From assembly GCF_964204645.1 (NCBI RefSeq), contig NC_134025.1, positions 29,244,299-29,308,298 of the forward strand: a stretch of 64,000 nt of DNA, read 5' to 3'. Both the position numbers and the translations under genes were made by a program. Positions within the stretch are counted from its first letter, which is position 1. The number at the start of each line of letters is the position of its first letter. Below are positions 24,722 through 39,029 of the stretch, piece by piece. The notes under the pieces are model-generated. The model ran no database searches. It was not told the origin of the DNA and saw only the letters and a program-made list of their open reading frames with translations. The DNA comes from Tubulanus polymorphus (taxonomy: Eukaryota; Animalia; Nemertea).

Positions 24722-27700
24722 TTATGCCGTAGTTGGTTTAAGTATTGTAGGTGGCACTAGCGGTGCATCTTTATACCGGAAGTCCATCACTCTCACTTCG
24801 CCGTCAGGATGTTCAATTTTCTTCGCCGGTGAAGGCGGTGGTGGTCTAAAGAAAATAATATTACATGAATTGTATTAGATCAGGAATTTCTAGAATTTCG
24901 TGCTAAATTCGTTATCAATTTTCGTTCGCGAACTTACTCCTTTTTGTTGAAACAATCGCAGTCAATTTTAGGAATATCACATTTGGCGCAGTTTGCGCAT
25001 TCGAGTTTCTTCAATAAAGGTATCAGCCATTTGAGAAGATAAACCAAACCTGTCAGGAATAGTGCTATAGCCAACATGCTCAACAGAGCGATGATAAACT
25101 TTCCACCCGGTGTTGTGAGAAGCCACTCGCTGGCCGTTAAATAAATCGTCGTTTCGTGAGCTTTAACCTGTGGATTTAGATACGAACATTTCAATGGTGT
25201 TTTTTTTTTCACTTGACGTCACCAGTGCGTTAGTAACAGTATCGGTTGACTGTGTGTGACGTTTGTGAATAAAGTCTCTTAAATCTGATTGAAAATCAAT
25301 TTGATAATATCTGATTATTTACCGAAACAACTGGGAATTTATGAAATGTCGTTAAAGCAACTGCCGTCGACGGCTGACCCTCGGAATTTGAACTGAATAT
25401 CTCTAACATCTCGGCTAAGCTCACGAAGTATTTCGGTTGGTCGACGTTTGCGTACGATTCAGTTGTCGCATCTTTCAACGCATAAACCGTCAACGTTGTA
25501 CTGATAAAATAATACCAATTTTAGATTTAAGAAATGTATAAAAATATATACTAGATGTATATTCCTTTTCGTGGTATTTTTGGGTGTTACTCACGAATCC
25601 GGTGAATTCGGGGTTGACTTCATACTACTAACGCGTCCTACACACGGAGGACACGCTGAACTGATCGCCGCTTCAAACTCTTCGACGATCGCTTCTGTGA
25701 AGTAACTCAGCGGCTGCGCAACTTCGAAATCAACCAAATACGGCTCGGGGTTAAACGTATCGATACGTACACTTATATGCCTTCAAATTTCATCAAAATT
25801 GACATTTGCATTACTTTGAACATGCGGTTGAATGAATAATGGGTATTGATGACTAAAACCCGGTTGCGCAGTCAGCTCATCACATCTAAGCAATTAGACC
25901 CCGTTCGAAAATCTGTTGTAAGCTAATTCCTTGCTTGCGTAATGATGACTGTGCTACTGGGTCCAAGCTATGAGCATTTAGCTCAACAATTGCTCGTCGG
26001 CCCGAGATACTTACTCCGAGAACTTCGGTGGGACATCGTTATCTTTAGCGTGGGCGTGGTATACATATGTTTTAGCATTTTCCAACGTCTTCAATGTAGA
26101 TATTATTCCGGCGTGAGCGGTTAATTTGAATAAGGTATTAGTTGACACCCAATGGTAACTGAGCAATGCTGTCGTACCTGAATACGAATATGAATAGAAC
26201 AGTAATTATCAAATGATGGATGTTTAGAGGATCGATTGAGGTGGTTTGTCTTACCTGTATCCTTGTCGGTTGCTGAAACTCTACCGACTGCTGTCCCGAT
26301 CGGTGCATCATAACGAATTTCTAGATTATAGAACGGTTTTTTGAATACGGGTATGTGGTCATTTTCTGGTATTATATGAATCAGTACAGTTACATTAGCT
26401 GAAGTACGGTTCGGATATAGTCCCTGATAGGCGTACACATAAAATTGAACTGACGTCGTAGTCTCAATATCCGCGGGTCCTTTAGTTTTCAATACCCCCT
26501 CTGGACTTTGGGTCTCGACCCAAAAATAATTTGAAGCCAAAGCGCTGCCGTTAACGGTGTAGGCTATCTTTTTGTCATAGTCTTCGTCCGTACACGAGAT
26601 GGTCAGTATACTTGTATCAACTGGTGTATTTTCTCGAATGGTTGCTGTATAGAATGTCGGATTACATTCTGGTAAATGATCATTGATATCGTAAACTTGG
26701 ACCTTTACGATGAACCAACTCGCTTTTCCAACAGTTTCAGAGTTATGCCCCGCTGTTTTAGGTAGATCTGTATCCAACGTCCTTAACAGTTCCTTATCGT
26801 AAGCGGACACATCTAAAATGTTAAAGTTTAGCAAAGCCTCATATTTTCTCTAATAGAAGGAAATAAGTAATGTTTCTCGTGTCTAAGATGATTGGGAGAT
26901 TGATACGTACATAACGTTATCGTGAATGATGAAGTCTGGAAGAATCTATCCTGATTCTTGTATAGATATGGGGCCCGTTGTTCAGGCTCCATTTGTTCAA
27001 AGTCAATACGTTTTTTCACGTATATAGAAGCGCTTCCGTTGATAGATTTGATCTCGAAATAAACATGGTCTCTTCCTTCGAGTTGATAAATAAGCGTGTC
27101 GTTTACATCTTCGTCGTAAGCCGTTATCGCTGGAATCGGCAATTGCATACCAATAGGCTAAAATTCAGAAATATATCTTCATCTATATTCCATATGTATT
27201 ATTGCGAAACACAGTTGAAAATATGTGTATAAGGCTGCTTACAGATTCTTCGTAAATCTCACAAGAATAAGTTTCTGCTCCATGGTACATAGCGTAATAC
27301 GGTGGACTGGATACATTAAACCAGGGAGCTTCATTCACATTAGCTATATCCAGATTCAATATGTGATCGGTACTTTTAAGACCCGCGCCATCTTGGGTCC
27401 AAATCCTGAACAAGTATTGGTCGTAGACTTCGTGATTCAAGGATATCTTCGCACGCAGTTCACCACCTTTTGAAAAAGAAAATATTCTAATTTGTGAAAG
27501 TGAAATCGTTATATACTGTGTTTGAGTAAGCCGCAATCTGTGCGGGATAGCAACTTAAAAGGTTCCTCGGATGCCCGAGAAAAATGAAAAACTACAATGA
27601 GGGAATCGACCTCATACAGGCGAGCAGGCGAGATTGACATGTAAGCCAGGCCAGTGACGGACCCACTCGGCCACGACACATAGACACAGTTTGCGCCCAG

Positions 27701-28848
27701 GTATTGCTTATATTACTCTACTTGGGCACTGCGTATCGCATAAAATGTCGCACAAAATCCCGTAATGTTTTCTTTCTAATTTATACTATTTTTACTTGTT
27801 TGATCCAATTCAAAGGCATCTGAATATGGAGGACTCCGACTTTTTGGGAAGACTGTGCCCATATGATATGTTAATGTTTTCCAGCTGGCTATGACCGCTG
27901 CCGTATCCGGATCTTCCCCTTTAACCTGTCAAAATAAACCCCACAATTATTACATAAACGTGGAGCAATTTCAAAAAGCGTAATTTGTAGATTTTTGTCG
28001 TACGTAATAGAGAACCCTCCATGGTTTTGGAGGTGCATCTAGTGGGAAGTTTTCGTGGTAAAGCATAGTTGCCGGAACATTCAGCAGTTTCGGCGCTTCG
28101 TTCACGTCGTCTATATCGAGTGTTACCGTCACGGAACCAGTTTCAACTCCATCCGTAGCAGTTACAACTATCTGATACTGTTTTTGACGTTCGTAGTTGA
28201 AATTGGCGTTGGCAATTGTCGAAAGAACTCCATCTAATAGTCAGAACAAGAACTGGTTAATCCGTTAACAGACGAACAGCAAACAGACGAATCTAATTTT
28301 TTATTAGTATAGTAAAGCATTAGGAAAGATAATAATTAGAAATCGAACGCGATGAATGTAATAAGTTCTAACCTGTTGATGTAAATTGAAAGTTTCCATC
28401 GCTAGGTGTGACTTTAGCGTAATACATGATAGGATCGCCTGTTAGTAGAGATGTAGGCGCACTGAAGTTGAACAGCTGCGTCACTCCTTTACTGTTTTCA
28501 TTTATGTTTGGAATAGTGATCGTCGCGCTGAACGTGATTTCTACGCAGTTGATTTGGTTAGAAATAGAAGAAAAAGAAATTCAGCTGATGAAAAGCTATT
28601 CTCGTTTAGAATTTGACACTTTATGAAGTTCCGCTAATTCCACAGAGTAGCATGATCTCAAATCGGATGCAAACAGCTAGACCTATGTATATCTATATTT
28701 CATGATATCGAAGGTCGAAAAATGCGTAACGGTTTAACCTACTGAATGAAGAGTTTTACTTACTGGTTCTATTCAACTGTCCAGATGTTGATGTGATCAA
28801 AATTAAAACAATAATCACCGCTTTTCCAATCATTTTTTCGATTTTCAT
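24722..28848 (-). CDS. Single-pass cadherin-related protein, 5 EC repeats
   Basis: Signal peptide exon 28764-28848; ~12 exons; cadherin linkers DVNEAP, NVNEAPWF, DINDHLP, ENDHIPVF, ATDKD; TM FIIALLSMLAIALFLTGLVYLL; short tail ending VMDFRYKDAPLVPPTILKPTTA-stop. Confidence 0.88.
27590..27685 (-). mobile_element. tRNA-derived SINE-like fragment in cadherin intron
   Basis: Minus strand A-box TGGCCGAGTGG and B-box-like GGTCGATTCC. Confidence 0.45.
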
Positions 28849-29907
28849 TATGATTAATTTTCCAAGTTCATATACGTTTTTTTTCCTGTAGATATAACGT
28901 CGTTTAACTCCCTACTGCGGAGGCGCTCAAACAAACATTCTAATGACACGCATTTGACCCTAAAGCGATCGAGTTTATTTTATTACTTTCAAAAGAATAT
29001 ATCTACGTCAATTCATGTAATTTACTTTCTCGCAGCAGTAGCTGATCATTGTATCTTTTATTCGACTGCGAATAATTCAGCTCATTATACGCGCTTTTGT
29101 CGTCAACTCGTAGAAGTCATTTCTTTGCTCTAACGGGGAATTCCTTTGTGCCCGTTCTTTAGTAGACGGTTGAGCTGGTTTTATTTGCCTTTTTCAATAA
29201 CGAACGGCTACGAAAAGTGGTAAACACGAGATACAGGTTCTATTACTTCGAGAATGATAGAAATTATTTTTAGAAAATGATTCGACGAATATAATCTGTG
29301 TTTTGACAGCGGACCTGACAAATAATGAATACATTCAATATATTTTTTACTGTTTACTGCTGATATACCTTATTATATAATTTGTCTATTTCATATGTGC
29401 ATAATTTTTATTGTGCTGGATAGTCATAATGGTCATAGAGCATTTTCCTAGAATTTCAGGTATCTGATGTAACCGTTTTTCGATGAAAATATTGATGAAG
29501 TCCACAATGTTTTTTATTCAGTTAGTCGAATGACTGATTTAGTAGGTTAGTGAGTCTCTCGATTGCAAGCGCAAATCGCAAAAATATAACAAACTGGTGA
29601 CCATAGACATGTTACATGTTTCCCACCAATAATTAATGATTTACTCAATTCTTGGGAATAGAGCGTTCTGTGTTCATTGTCGTATTCGACATGTAAACTA
29701 ATGGAAATCAATTAATTCTCAATTTCTCTATACGTTATTCTATGTTTTCAAAACCCTTACGTCGAATTCAGTGATTAATGCATTTTTTACTCGATTTTAA
29801 TCATCAATTAATAATTTCGTGTTGATATTTTACGTAAATCTTAACGTCGCTTTCATCGTCCGGTCATAATAGTTTAAGAGTTGCGAACTGCAAGGATTAA
29901 AACAACA

Positions 29908-32900
29908 ATGATTTTGATACGTTTCTTATATGTTTTTGTATTTATAGGAATCTTCTTCAAATTTGCATCATTTCAAGGTACAGATATCAAAACAATTTTC
30001 GAAAATTCTATTTAAGACTAATTTCATGATAGTCAACATCTTCTGAATTATCGACTTCTCTTTATAGATATCGCAGTAGATACGTTTATAGTGAATTATC
30101 CAAAAGCTATGTTCGCTGGTCTAAAATATCCGATTACATTTACAATTACTGTCTTTAATAATGGCCCCCAAAACCTTGCACCAAAAGGTCAGTTTACTGT
30201 GCATGTAATTATGATGAGAATTGTGGAATATTTCGAGAAATTGTCAGAATTTTATGACGAATTTTGCCGTAATTATTTTCTGTTATTCTCTAGCGGACAA
30301 TTTCAAAACCTGGTTGATGATGTCTGAATTTAACCTGGCTGTAGTTGGCGGACCTGCCACACCCCCGGCCGGTTCAATTCTCGTAAAATTCGACCAGGCC
30401 GACAGCATCAATCAAGGCTTACTTGACGGTCAACAATTTCCGATGAAAGGTTCATCGGAGATAGAGATTCCTTCCGATCGAATGAAATGTGAAGCGACGT
30501 ATTTCGTATGTATTTATGTGAATAAACTTGCTAACGATTCAGATGTAGATAATAATTGGAGTTGTGATTTCATAGATCCATTACCATCGTGTAGTACAGG
30601 TTTGTAAACGATGCATTGTTCATTTATCATACTTCTCCTCTTTTTATCATATTTCTCCTCATACTTCTCCTCTTTTAATTGAGTCTGTTTATATTTCACT
30701 CGTGCTCACAGATGTTGATGTATTTGACATGAATACACCACCGAAACTATTGGACTGGCAAAGCGTAACTGCATCATTGGACCTTACAATTCAATCAGAC
30801 ACTGATATCAGCAAGGTTTGTATGCAAATTTACAAATTTTCGGTCAAAATGCACTTTTGTATATACGTCTTACATCATGAAAATATTGCCTATTTTTCAG
30901 GCAACTGGAAATAGTATGAATTTCAATGTTTCGGCTGCATTCACGTCTTCAGATTGCTCGTTAGCGTTATCACAGTGTCAGTTCTTGACGCCTGCCCCGC
31001 GAATAACCGCGACCGTTGATAACGTGGCCGCGAAACAGGGTTTACAGGAATATACCTCCACCGATCTTAAATGTTCGATATCGTATCCGGCACTAGGGGG
31101 CGTTGTAGATTTCTGTAAAAACGACCCGTTGTTCGTGTGCGTGACAGTAAGCGCGGGCACTGGTGCCCGATTCGTTGATTCTGATACAGAAAACAACGTC
31201 ATTTGTCAGCAAATTCTCGACCGACAATGTTACTCGGGTAAATTCTTTTTAATCTGAAAGCATTTTCAACATACGAAAAATAATAAAGAAAAACAAATTC
31301 AATGTGATTTTTCATGTATAGCGCCGTACTCATTAAATCGAGGCGTTTTATACAAAATAGAAAACCATGAAAATCATTAATATGCTAAGTAGATAAAAAA
31401 AGATAAATATATGTTCTTCTGAAAAGGTCAAAATGTTCTTCTAAAAAGGTAATTGTTAGGAGTTAGGTAAAATTCTACACTAAAACATTTTCAAGATAAC
31501 TGCAGAGGAATTTAGAGAGATGACAAAAGGCGACTATCGGGTAGAATCATCAGAAATCATACTTATTCCACTATCTATTTTCTAGATCCGATTATACCAG
31601 CAGCGCCAGTTATCACAACAAACCCGCTGTGTTTAATCCGAGATGTACACGTACCGGTTACATTCACGTTTGATATAAAAAACGACCGACCGTTGAATTC
31701 ATTCAGTGATATTCAACCCGCTTCAGGAGCGAATTTTCAAGTAGAGATGCTGCTATCTAGCGTCGATTTGACGACGCTATCCGCAACGACGTCTGCGATT
31801 ACGTCGAAAAACTACACGGTCACAACATCCCCGAAACCGCTAAACGATAGATTGGATGCGAGTCAAACATACGGTAAAAATAAGAAAGAATCATTAAAAA
31901 AATTCAGCCCGGATTCGACCTAGGAACCACTGGCGAGCTGAATCATAAACCAATGGTTTAAAGCATATAAGCCCACAGCCCATCTATTAGATGTTTATAG
32001 GATTGATTTTCTATTTCTGGAATGTTTTCATCTGGTTATACGTGTGATATTTCAGGGTCTATTACTGGTTATGTAAATGATGTAACGTTGTCCAACGCTT
32101 TTTGTTCAGTCGCCAACTTTCTCTGTCTTAATCTCAAACGGGGAAATGGTGCGACGTACATGGACCTTAAACCAAATAACAATATGCGATGCGTTGATAT
32201 AACTGGCATCAAGAAATCCTGTTTTCCCGGTGAGTGATCATAATCGTGGGAATTTCATGTATCTGCTTGCGTCGACTCGAATCTTAGTTGAAGAAGACTT
32301 CGTTCATTTTTAGATTTGGCCTTAACGCTCAGCGGGTTATCGATATTACCGACAGGGGGCACTGGTAGCGCTGTTGTTAATAATGATTCCCCCGTCAACT
32401 TGAGGTTTAATATGAACGTTCAAAATGTGGCCGCAACTGGGAAAAATAATGACGTCATCAAACCGTGCGGAAACTATGACAATTATTATTTCAAGGCGGT
32501 CGTTACGACATCCGACTTAGACAAATCTCCAAATGGACAGATTCTCAAAGATCTTGGAAAGGTTTTATCATCGTCGAAAAATATTGCAATATTTTCCAGA
32601 TTTTCGCTTATGTTTAGTTTATACACACACAGTGCACCACTTCGTTTCAGATATCAATACCGGTCGGTGATGCGGGTAAACTATCTCAAGCTCTACCGGC
32701 AGGTGAAACAGCTTCGTTCAGTAATATCGACGGTGTTTCTGGTTTCATGATGACAAGAGACGATTGTCGCCGGTTGAAATATATCTGTATCTATGTCGTA
32801 GTGGAACCAGTGGCAAAATATACGGATGCCAATACTACGAACAACGTCCGGTGTCTACCGTTAACTCGCAATTGTAGCCCGAGTAAGTGTTCGATAATAG

Positions 32901-35900
32901 ATTCTCCTTCCAACTCAATCTCTAAAGTCTTCTTCATTATTTCGCCTTTAATTCTGATTTTCAGAATTCATCAATCTCGATAACAGAACTTGTGTCCACG
33001 AAAATGCAACAGGTTCAAATACAGTGTTTCAGATCGAAGCCGAAGATGCTGATAATGATAGAATTAAATTTTACCTGTTTGCTTCTCCCATGGATGACAG
33101 TTTTTACCTCGATCCCCCGAATGGTCAGTTTTTGTTATAGTTTTTAAATTTATTGATCCTATATAATCATTGCGATACAATTTTGATAGACATGACGATT
33201 GATTGAACACTTTACGTTCGACTTTTTTTTGCACAAACAGGAAAAGTGATCAAACACGTGTCTAATCATCAATTCAACCATGAGAAATTCTCTGAATATG
33301 AATTAACAGTATTAGCAACTGATAGCAGTGTTACCGGCGTAGTGGGAACATTAACCGTGTGCGTAATCGATGCGAACGAACCGCCCGAATTCATCAACCT
33401 GCCCGGCACGACTAACGTACCAGAAAACAATATACACGAAGCAATTATATATCAGGTAATAACTTATAGATTATTAATGCCATATCTTCTATCACTCTTT
33501 CAGTTGCATGCTCAAAGTCAGTTCTATAGCCAATTAACAACTTGGGTCGCGTTCTTTCGGTTCGATAACCAATCGAGCAACTTTCTCTCTGTCCGTGTTT
33601 TAACGATGATGTAGAATTCCACACAGTACAGGAATAGATATATTCCTGGACCCAGTTCCACAGTTGTGAGTTAGAGTTAACTCTGAGTTTAAATTAGTTC
33701 ATTTTCGATGAGTTAACTCAGGGTCAAATTTTAACTCCGAACTGTGGAACTGGACTCTGAAGGTGACGAATAAGGATATAGTCGAAAAATTGAAATCGAT
33801 AACCAACACGAGGAAACATTTTTGACTCATTTTTCTTTATAAGAATGGGATTTTATATTATTTACTTTCCGACCCAAGTTTCGACTGTGCAACTTCTGAC
33901 CCGAGACACCGTTCTCAATCACTGCATCTCGTTTTCGGTTGTTTCAACAGTTGTTTATGATCGTTCTGTTCTTCTATGATCGCTCTCATACACTTTTTAA
34001 CCTTACATATTTATTTCCAGGTATCCGCTACTGACGTCGATGGTGATATCGTTCGTTACAATATTACTAATATTGACCCGAAAAATGGAAAAGGCAAATT
34101 CAACATTGATTCCAGTGAGTTATCAGAGTTTCGTTTTATCGCAGTTTCATAGGAGTATCAAATTCACTTGTTCTGGTATTTTTCTCAGAATCTGGTAAGG
34201 TGTACGTCACATCGAATGCTGGGATCGATTACGAATATCTATGGAATTACAGCATCCACGACCCGTGGTTCAATGTATCTATAGTAGCGTGTGATTCTCG
34301 TGGTCTTTGTTCGACGAGTTACCTTAAGATTGATGTCGTTAACGTTAACGAATCGCCAGTATTTCAACCCGATCACTCGACGTATTTCGAGCTGAATGAA
34401 ATGGCCACGACTTACGTAAGAAAATGAAATCAGATCACCGAATATTTCCGAATATGAAATATAGTAATTTCTCAATTCAGTATCTAATGTTGCCTGTAGC
34501 TCGTGTACTGCAAGATAATAGATATTACTAATCATTCAGACAATCGAAGTCAAAGTGGAACCGCATGAATATCATGAACTATGTTATTTTTCAGAAAGCC
34601 AATGTAGCGGGTCCTCAGATTTATCGAATTCCAATCGCGTTCGATGTGGATCGCGAAGACAATCACACAAACTCGCTTTATAACAAACTCTACGAGAACA
34701 AATATTTCTATCAGAATCCGAAAGATGATCGAGACATCAGACTTAAACTCGCTATTGATTATGAAAGTAATGAATTACCAAGGATATTCTATCTAGGTAA
34801 CAACACGAAGTCTAAAGAAAAAATTTAATCATTTTCAATTTATTCTAATTAATGAAATCAGCCAATTTTCACATCAGATTTTCAGGTATTCGATTCAGGT
34901 TTCAATAATTACGGCGATAAAAAGGCAATAGTTCGATTGAATGATGTTTATCAGTTGAAGGTGTATGTGAAGAATATCTGTGACGAAAAACCATCTTTCG
35001 TTCCGAACAAATACAGCGCTACCGTACAAGAAAATGTACCGATCGGGACAACTGTTCTCATCGTGACAGCTGACGACCGCGATTTATGGATTTACGGAGA
35101 ATTTTGGTTCCACGTCGACTCGGCAAATGTTGCGTCTGATTATTTCGAAACGAGAAGGTTAACGCGTGAAACTGCGGCATTAGTCGTTAAATCACCACTG
35201 GATGCGGAACGGTTTTCCATCATGAATTTCTACGTTAAAGCGATCGATTACTGCGCCATACAACAGACCGCTAACCTCAATATAACGTTGACTAATATTA
35301 ACGATAATATCCCGAAATTCGAACGCGATTTTTACGATTTCGAAATATCAACCAACGCGCGTATTGGTACACACTTCGGTGACGTCAGAGCCACGGATGA
35401 TGACGTAGGTAAATATCGCCGCCTGAGGATGCGATACCGCTTAATATTTATTTCATTAATGAATGATTAAGATGTTATCTGAAAATTTACAGAAGGAAAT
35501 GGAATAAAGTATGATATGCTCTATCAAATGAATGGTTTTGAAATCGACTCGGCTGGGAAATTAACAACAACGGAAACGCCTTATTTACCATATCATAAAT
35601 ATGTCAGATATGTCACAGCCAAAGATAACGACTCGATCGCTCCAATGACGTCATTGTAAGTATAAAGATACAGTTGAAGTGATATGTTAATTGTCTGCAT
35701 GTGCAAACTAATCTAAATAGATTCCGAACTTTTTTTTCTTTTAGAATCAGCACCTTGCGAATTGATACTTATGTAGAATGTGATGTACTGACAAGATGGC
35801 GAACGAATGTGACTCGTGATTTCTTTACCGAATATGAAATTAAGCAATTTATCAATTCAGTATCTAATCTTTGTAGTCCGTGTACTGCGAGGTTACACAA

Positions 35901-36845
35901 TGTGACCGCCGAGACCAGGTAAGTAGATTAATACACAATTCCTGTGCAAGATGAGCAAGAGAAAAGATCGGAAGATATATCCAGAAAAAAAACCAGCAGA
36001 AATATACTCTTATATAATATCCGAAAAGTTGCAAAAATATATTCAAATCAAAATGAACATTGCGGTTTCATCCTTGATTTATTTTGGGATTTTCGACTTA
36101 CCGAGACAAGTTGATTTGAATAACTGTTCCAATACGTATTCTTCCAAGTTCTTTTCTTGTGCGTTATTCAAATAATCTTTTATTCGTTACAGCAGCTCCG
36201 GCCTAGCCTCTGTGAACTTATACATGCTGCGCGACAATACAACGAGATTTCACGGAAATCTTGGACGACCGAAAGATTTCCTTTCGGCAGAAACAATCAT
36301 TAAAAGAATAAAGAACGTCACTTCCATTAACAACGTAGCACTTCGAGACGTCACTGAAAGCTGCTTGCCAGTGGTTGTTCCCTTTAATTGGTGGCTTCAG
36401 ACTGTATTAGGAAATGCGCTGATAGGAATATTTCTGTCAATTCTATTAACTCTTTGGTTGTCGACAATAATTGCTTTGGCGATCAAATTTTGTTCCGGAA
36501 CACGTACGGGGTTAGTTAATTCTCAGCCGCTTTTGATATTAAGAATTGATTAAATGTTTGAATGAATTTAGAGGTAAGATTTTAGAATGTATAATTTTTG
36601 CATTATCTTTAATTTAACAGGAATCGAATTGAGACTCCATTTCTGAGAGATACAGACATACACAGTAAACCTGCCGAACGTGATTCACATAAGGCCACTA
36701 CAACCAGAGTCACGGGTAAGGCAACGCTTAGGATTTTATCATTTAACTTAACTTAACAAATCTTATAAATCCAATGAAATTTCTATTTGCAGAAGATCTG
36801 AATATCCTAGATTTTCGTTATGGGAGACATACATATCTGGATTGA
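29908..36845 (+). CDS. Single-pass cadherin-related protein with four N-terminal Cys-containing repeats and 5 EC repeats
   Basis: Signal peptide exon from ATG 29908; ~20 exons; repeats ending DSDVDNNWSC, DSDTENNVIC, DLKPNNNMRC, DANTTNNVRC; cadherin motifs AEDAD, DANEPPEF, NVNESPVF, DEKPSF, NINDNIPKF; TM at ~36410-36485; tail ends ILDFRYGRHTYLD-stop. Confidence 0.85.
33649..33757. mobile_element. Short palindromic MITE (CCAGTTCCACAGTT termini)
   Basis: ccagttccacagtt ... aactgtggaactgg inverted ends; related sequence at ~10765-10790 and 60630-60790. Confidence 0.65.
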
Positions 36846-37125
36846 AGAAAGGTCACCATCGAAGTAGTTAGTTTCAAAATAACACAACGTTAACAGAATA
36901 TATTCTCTTTCTATCCGATCATGTAAAAATAAACTTAAGTGTAGGAATAGTATTACCGTCGTTTCTTTCGATTCATACAAATCTATCTTCACCCAGTCCT
37001 GGATCTACATTGTCTCTACAACGCTCTGCGATCTTGAGTACCTGTGGTACACTGACACAATGTTTCTTGATAAACTGTGTTCACGATGAGCTGTTGAAGT
37101 TGCCTGGATACAGATTTGAAAAAGA

Positions 37126-38304
37126 ATGTCGAGAATAAATCGACAATATATTCCAGGATATGGACCGATACACCGAGCAGTGTACAGTGGTCCGGCGCAT
37201 CCGCCGTGGGTACAACCAGATAACGATGTTATCATACTAGAACGGGAGAATGGCGAAACGCACGAAGATTTCGTGCGGTTAAAGAATAAAATCAACACGT
37301 TACTTACTGAGAATATCGAACTCAGAGAAGATGTTATACGCGGTATTGAAAAGTCAAACGCATTACAAGCAGAGATTATCGAGTTAAGGGAAGAGAAAAT
37401 AACGATTCTTGCAGATTTACAGAATCAGGTTCAATCATTGATGCAACAGCAGGCAGATCTGCCTGCTAATTCAAATGCCAACGACGAGGTAGGCTATGGA
37501 CTAATAGATATTTTCAAAAAATCTGCTGTAGGAGGCCTTCTTATACCAAATCTGATCATTCTGAATATATTTAAAGGTTTCTTCCGTATCACCAGAATCG
37601 GAAAGCACCGCTGGTACAAATAATACGTGTAAACATATTTGCGAAAGCATTCTTAGTTCGCTCATCATGAGGGGAGAATCGTGCAATGAAACTGAGAATC
37701 TTGAGTCAGATGTTTGTGAAGATCGTGTTGATTTAACAACTGAAATGGATAGTAATACAGTCCGGGATAATGTGAATGCGACGGAACTAGCGGAAGACGA
37801 TGCGGTAGAGGATGTTACAGATGAGGCCGGTGAGGCGTTGTTGACATGGGAACAATTTGTACAGGAAATGACTGATCAATACCCGGCGACTATGTTCGGA
37901 AATCCGCCTGAATTTATAATGATGGTATGTAGTCCCTGTGAACAATTGAAAGTTGAATTTTTAAACGCCAAACTTTACTTTCTAAACCTTACTAAACGCT
38001 AGTGAAATTTGAAAAATTACAGAATTATGACGAAAATGGCGGGGAAGGGGGAGAGATTTGGGAGGACAGCGACGGTTCACAGTCGACTGACGCGAATCTG
38101 AATATAGAAACGACAGAAACCCGTGAAATTGCATCTACAGCTAGTTCGATAGAAGACTGTAATGTCGTCGGCCGACGAGAATCCCGAATCGAAAGAGGTC
38201 GTAGATTGTTTTTCGCTGCTTTTCGCTGGATTGTGTGGATATTACTGACAAACAGAGACAGTCAGATGTTCATATCTTCATTGTTGGCTGATATAAATCA
38301 ATAA
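37126..38304 (+). CDS. Uncharacterised acidic coiled-coil protein
   Basis: Three adjacent long ORF segments joinable by GT-AG introns (~37126-37487, ~37579-37923, ~38023-38304); heptad-like Leu/Glu region then D/E-rich region; no family recognised. Confidence 0.55.
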
Positions 38305-39029
38305 ACAACTTCAACGATAATCTTCTGTTTGTTCTATCTATTCTGTTTTTAGTTCGATTCAAAACCCATTATACAATTTCAAAGGTTAAAAGCGAAATTT
38401 ATTCCGCAAGAATAAAGAAGTTTCCAGTTTCTAGGCGCCATTTTGTGGCGGTCCCTCGAGGTCCCCATTGTTGCGATAATTTGCGCTCATTTTTAAAACA
38501 TACGTTTAGATTGAATATCATATAGTTCTGCAGTCCCTTGCTCGACGAAATCAGTTTATACACCATTTTAAAGGAAATGAAATGCAGATATTTGCTGGCG
38601 ATTCTTGGAATTTTTGAACGCAACAATGATGAACAGTGACGATGTGAAACCAAGGACCGCATATCTTAACCGCGCGTAAAAGAAATCGCAATATTTATTA
38701 ATTTTAAAATATCTAAGTATCTCTTAAAGCTGTATTTCCAATTTTCACAGAGGTTAAAGAGGGTTATTTGCAGTTTAAGCCTGCGTTTAATTTTAAGTAA
38801 GATATACTCTAGAGACCATCGTCAGGTGTGTGATATCGGTATTTACAGATCTATTCTCCACGAGTGTGGCTATTCTAATAAACTCATCGTGTCATGACTG
38901 CTGAATACTGCACTGTGTATATATGGATTATTAGATTCTATCAGTAAACTTCATTAAATAATTTAATTAAGACGAATGATTATTCAGTAAATATCCAATA
39001 ATTCATTATTCATTGTTAACTTGCTTACT

